From Pseudomonadota bacterium (GTDB lineage Bacteria; Pseudomonadota; Alphaproteobacteria; Sphingomonadales; Sphingomonadaceae), in assembly GCA_023416515.1 (NCBI GenBank), contig JAEZHP010000030.1, forward strand, positions 2,999 to 66,998: a DNA stretch of 64,000 nt, given 5' to 3'. The position numbers and the translations under genes were made by a program. Below, piece by piece: positions 60,927 through 64,000 of the stretch. Under the pieces are notes generated by a model, which worked only from the letters and a program-made list of their open reading frames with translations, searched no databases and was not told the DNA's origin. Numbering within the stretch: the stretch's first letter is position 1; every line of letters begins with the position of its first letter.

Positions 60927-61648
60927 TGCTTCGGCTGGGCGTCAACATCGATCACGTCGCGACCATCCGCAACGCGCGCGGCGGCGAGCATCCCGACCCG
61001 GTGCGAGCCGCCTTCGCCGCTGCCGAGGCCGGCGCCGACGGGATCACCGCCCACCTGCGCGAGGACCGCCGCCACATCCGCGACGACGACATCGCCCGCC
61101 TCAAGGCCGAGCTCTCCATCCCGCTCAACCTCGAAATGGCGGCGACCGAGGAGATGCTCGCGATCGCCCTCAAGCACCGCCCGCACGCCGCGTGCATCGT
61201 CCCGGAGAAGCGCGAGGAGCGGACCACCGAGGGCGGGCTCGACGTGCACGGCCATTTCGACCTGCTCGCGCCGATCGTCGCGCGGCTGGCCGATGCCGGG
61301 ATCCGGGTCAGCCTGTTCATCGAGCCGGCCGCGCAGCAGCTCGAGGCCGCGATGCGCCTCGGCGCCCCAGTCGTCGAGTTCCACACCGGCCGCTACGCCC
61401 ACCGCTCCGGCGCGCCCCAGACCGAGGAGCTCCGCCGAATCGCCGACGCCGCCGCTCTCGCCGCCAAGAACGGGATCGAGCCCCATGCCGGCCACGGCCT
61501 CAGCTACGACAATGTCGTGCCCATCGCCGCGATCCCGCAGATCGCCGAGCTCAACATCGGCCACTTCCTGATCGGCGAGGCGATCTTCACCGGCCTGTCC
61601 GACAGCATCGCCCGAATGCGCTCACTCATGGACGAGGCCCGCGGGTGA
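60926..61648 (+). CDS. pdxJ: Pyridoxine 5'-phosphate synthase
   Basis: [43 protein letters not shown]. Confidence 0.97.
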   Translation: MLRLGVNIDHVATIRNARGGEHPDPVRAAFAAAEAGADGITAHLREDRRHIRDDDIARLKAELSIPLNLEMAATEEMLAIALKHRPHAACIVPEKREERTTEGGLDVHGHFDLLAPIVARLADAGIRVSLFIEPAAQQLEAAMRLGAPVVEFHTGRYAHRSGAPQTEELRRIADAAALAAKNGIEPHAGHGLSYDNVVPIAAIPQIAELNIGHFLIGEAIFTGLSDSIARMRSLMDEARG

Positions 61649-62055
61649 CGATCATCGGCATCGGCTCCGACCTGTGCAACATCGAGCGGATCCAGAATTC
61701 GCTCGACCGCTTCGGCGAGCGCTTCATCAACCGGGTCTTCACCGACACGGAGCGTTCGAAGGCGGAGAAGCGGCCCTTCACCCGCGCCGGCACCTACGCC
61801 AAGCGCTTCGCCGCCAAGGAGGCCTTCTCCAAGGCGGTCGGCACCGGCTTCAAGCGCGGCGTGTTCATGAAGGATATAGGCGTCGTGAATAAAGCGTCGG
61901 GCGAACCGACTCTGGCGCTCACCGGGGGCGCCCGGGAGAGGCTTGACGCTTTGACCCCGGAGGGTCACGCCGCCCAGATCCATCTCACGATGACCGACGA
62001 CCATCCGTTCGCGATGGCCGTTGTCGTGATCACCGCCGTTCCGAGGACTGAATGA
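61645..62055 (+). CDS. acpS: Holo-ACP synthase
   Basis: [29 protein letters not shown] overlap. Confidence 0.95.
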   Translation: MTIIGIGSDLCNIERIQNSLDRFGERFINRVFTDTERSKAEKRPFTRAGTYAKRFAAKEAFSKAVGTGFKRGVFMKDIGVVNKASGEPTLALTGGARERLDALTPEGHAAQIHLTMTDDHPFAMAVVVITAVPRTE

Positions 62056-62903
62056 GCTTGAGCGACTCCACGCCTTTGCCGAACCTGGCCAAGCCGAAGA
62101 AAGCCACCGACTGGTGGGCGGAGGGACGCGCCATCTTCTGGCTGATCCTCGCCGTAATCGCCTTCCACAGCTTCATCGCCAAGCCTTTCTACATCCCGTC
62201 CGAATCGATGATGCCTGGCCTGCTCAAGGGCGACCGGCTGGTGGTCAGCAAATATCCCTATGGCTGGTCCTGGGTCAGCCCGAGCTTCCACGTCCTTCCG
62301 CGCATGGAGGGGCGGCTGTTCGGATCGATGCCTCAGCGCGGCGACGTCGTGATCGTCACTCCGCCGGGCGCGCGCACCGATTATATCAAGCGGGTCATCG
62401 GCCTGCCCGGCGACCGAATCCAGCTCATCCGCGGCCAGCTCTTCATCAATGGCGAAGCGGTCCGCCAGGAGCGGCGCCCCGACATGATGATCCCGATGGA
62501 CCCCAATATCCAATGTTCGGGAGTCATCATCACCCGGGCCGACGGATCGAGCCTGTGCAGCCTTCCGATCGTCCGCGAGACCCTGTCGAACGGCCGGAGC
62601 TACGACACCGTCGACCTCGGCTATTATCCTCAGTCGGACGATTTCGGCCCGGTCCTGGTGCCGGAGGGCCATGTCTTCCTGATGGGCGACAATCGCGACG
62701 AGAGCGCCGACAGCCGGGCCTCGATCGAGAATCTCGGCCTCGGCGGGCCGGTTCCGTGGGAGAATCTGGGCGGCCGCGCCGAGTTCATCACCTTCAGCCT
62801 CGACGGCAGCTCCGACTGGTGGAACCCGGTGAGCTGGTTCACCGCCATTCGCGGCGGCCGGGCGGGCACGTCACTGCACCCTGACGAGGCACCCGCCGGC
62901 TAA
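62052..62903 (+). CDS. lepB: Signal peptidase I
   Basis: [33 protein letters not shown]. Confidence 0.96.
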   Translation: MSLSDSTPLPNLAKPKKATDWWAEGRAIFWLILAVIAFHSFIAKPFYIPSESMMPGLLKGDRLVVSKYPYGWSWVSPSFHVLPRMEGRLFGSMPQRGDVVIVTPPGARTDYIKRVIGLPGDRIQLIRGQLFINGEAVRQERRPDMMIPMDPNIQCSGVIITRADGSSLCSLPIVRETLSNGRSYDTVDLGYYPQSDDFGPVLVPEGHVFLMGDNRDESADSRASIENLGLGGPVPWENLGGRAEFITFSLDGSSDWWNPVSWFTAIRGGRAGTSLHPDEAPAG

Positions 62904-62910
62904 ACTACAA

Positions 62911-62933
62911 CCCCTCCCCTTCGGGGGGAGGAG
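62911..62933. terminator. Hairpin between convergent lepB and FKBP genes
   Basis: CTCCCC..TTCG..GGGGAG. Confidence 0.5.
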
Positions 62934-62944
62934 CTGACTAGGTC

Positions 62945-63628
62945 TTATCGCCGGTTGCCCGGAGCGGTCTGGGGCTGGGCTGGCGGCGCCTGCGCACCCG
63001 GAGCAGGACCAGCGCCCGGACCAGCGGGCGCTGGACCGCCAGGTCCGGCGGGACCGCCCGGAGCACCGGCGGGACCACCGGGCGCGCCGCCTGGGCCACC
63101 AGGACCGCCCGGGCCACCGGGGCCACCGGCTGCGCCCATCATCTGCTGCATCGCCGCCATGCCTTCCAGGATCGAGCCGACGCGCAGGCGGAATTCGAGC
63201 ACCTCGTCATTGGCGACCGGAGCGCCCGGCGGAAGCGCCTGGCCGAGCGCGACCTGGGCCGGCGCCCACACCTGATAGACGCCGCCTTCGCGCATCTGGA
63301 GGATCACCTCGCGGAGGCCGGGGAACGGGCTTTCGACGCTGACCGGAAGCGGCTGGCCGCTTCGCGCCGTGCTGTCGAGCACCGTGCCGTCGGCCTTGCG
63401 GATCTCGAACTCGAGCCCGACCAGGTCGGCCGGGGTCACGGTCGGCCCGCTGCCGGTCTCGACGACCCGGTAGCGGACGCCGTTCGAGATCTCGGTGACC
63501 TGCTGCTTGGCGGTGCCGATCCAGGCAAGGCCGACGCCGAGCAGGACGACGATGAGAAGCCCGATCCAGAGCTTGGCGATCGTGCCCTTCTTGAGCGGCT
63601 GGAGCGGAACGGCGGTGACCGACGACAT
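62945..63628 (-). CDS. Membrane-anchored FKBP-type PPIase-like protein with Gly/Pro tail
   Basis: TM segment, GVRYRVVETGSG, DGTVLDST, FPGLRE..MREGG; follows rpsU. Confidence 0.78.
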   Translation of the reverse strand: MSSVTAVPLQPLKKGTIAKLWIGLLIVVLLGVGLAWIGTAKQQVTEISNGVRYRVVETGSGPTVTPADLVGLEFEIRKADGTVLDSTARSGQPLPVSVESPFPGLREVILQMREGGVYQVWAPAQVALGQALPPGAPVANDEVLEFRLRVGSILEGMAAMQQMMGAAGGPGGPGGPGGPGGAPGGPAGAPGGPAGPGGPAPAGPGAGPAPGAQAPPAQPQTAPGNRR

Positions 63629-63740
63629 TTAGGCTAGTCCCCCAAAGAGCGGTTGCGAGGCAGGTGAAACCTGCCGGCCTGGCAACCGCGACAACAAAGA
63701 CTCTATGGCCGCCGCGCGAAACGCGGCACTCGCGCAAACG

Positions 63741-63772
63741 AAAAGAGGCGGCGAGATGTATCGCCGCCCCTT
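63741..63772 (-). terminator. Rho-independent terminator downstream of rpsU
   Basis: Minus strand GGGGCGGCGA-loop-TCGCCGCCTC followed by TTTT. Confidence 0.7.
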
Positions 63773-63821
63773 CCGGATGCCAAGGCTAGTTCGGTCGCAG
63801 GACAGCGCCCGCGCCCAAATT

Positions 63822-63908
63822 CCGTCATGCTGAACTTGTTTCAGCATCCATTCCCCGAGCCACGCCGCGGACGGAGAGATGGACCCTGAACCAAGTTCAG
63901 GGTGACGG
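63822..63908. repeat. Sphingomonad-type REP element
   Basis: CCGTCATGCTGAACTTGTTTCAGCATCCA..TGGACCCTGAACCAAGTTCAGGGTGACGG imperfect inverted repeat. Confidence 0.82.
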
Positions 63909-63918
63909 TCTCTTATTC

Positions 63919-64000
63919 TTACCGGACGCCGTCGCGCTCGGCCCGCTTGCGCTCCAGCTTGCGGGCGCGGCGGATGGCGGCGGCGCGCTCGCGGGCGCGC
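63919..64000 (-). CDS. rpsU: 30S ribosomal protein S21, 3' end (partial)
   Basis: RARERAAAIRRARKLERKRAERDGVR* at the window edge. Confidence 0.88.
   Translation of the reverse strand, partial: RARERAAAIRRARKLERKRAERDGVR

Overview
High-GC alphaproteobacterial chromosome segment; gene content and REP elements point to Sphingomonadaceae. Left to right: (1) 1-26.2 kb, a low-oxygen module: moaA, a Cys-containing FnrN/FnrL-type regulator, class II RNR nrdJ, nnrU/nnrS, ccoNOQP-ccoGHIS-hemN, an alpha/beta hydrolase, an MgtC/DUF4010 protein, two USPs, fixLJ and a CoA transferase. FNR boxes lie in the left part; a second recurring motif, TA(C/A/G)G-N8-C(G/T)(T/G)A (candidate FixJ site), lies in the right part. 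(2) 26.2-29.3 kb, a decayed accessory patch: YczE-like pseudogene, solo HicB, frameshifted small tyrosine recombinase. (3) 29.3-38.5 kb, a carotenoid cluster: sulfotransferase-crtZ-crtW, crtY-crtI-crtB, DUF2141-ispH-crtE, and an EL222-like LOV-HTH photoreceptor. This is the best candidate for an undescribed system, a light-regulated sulfated ketocarotenoid pathway. (4) 38.5-46.1 kb, a gammaproteobacterial-style his operon with a TrpR-like regulator, long HisG, a HisC-HisB fusion and an IMPase-type hisN. (5) A truncated P4-like integrase at tRNA-Ser(GGA). (6) Core genes: phhB, ccmAB, M16 peptidase, the aa3 oxidase (cox/cta) cluster with an Stf0-type sulfotransferase coupled to surf1, pyrE-pdxJ-acpS-lepB, an FKBP and the 3' end of rpsU. 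All calls come from reading motifs by eye; no database searches were run and several start codons are best guesses.
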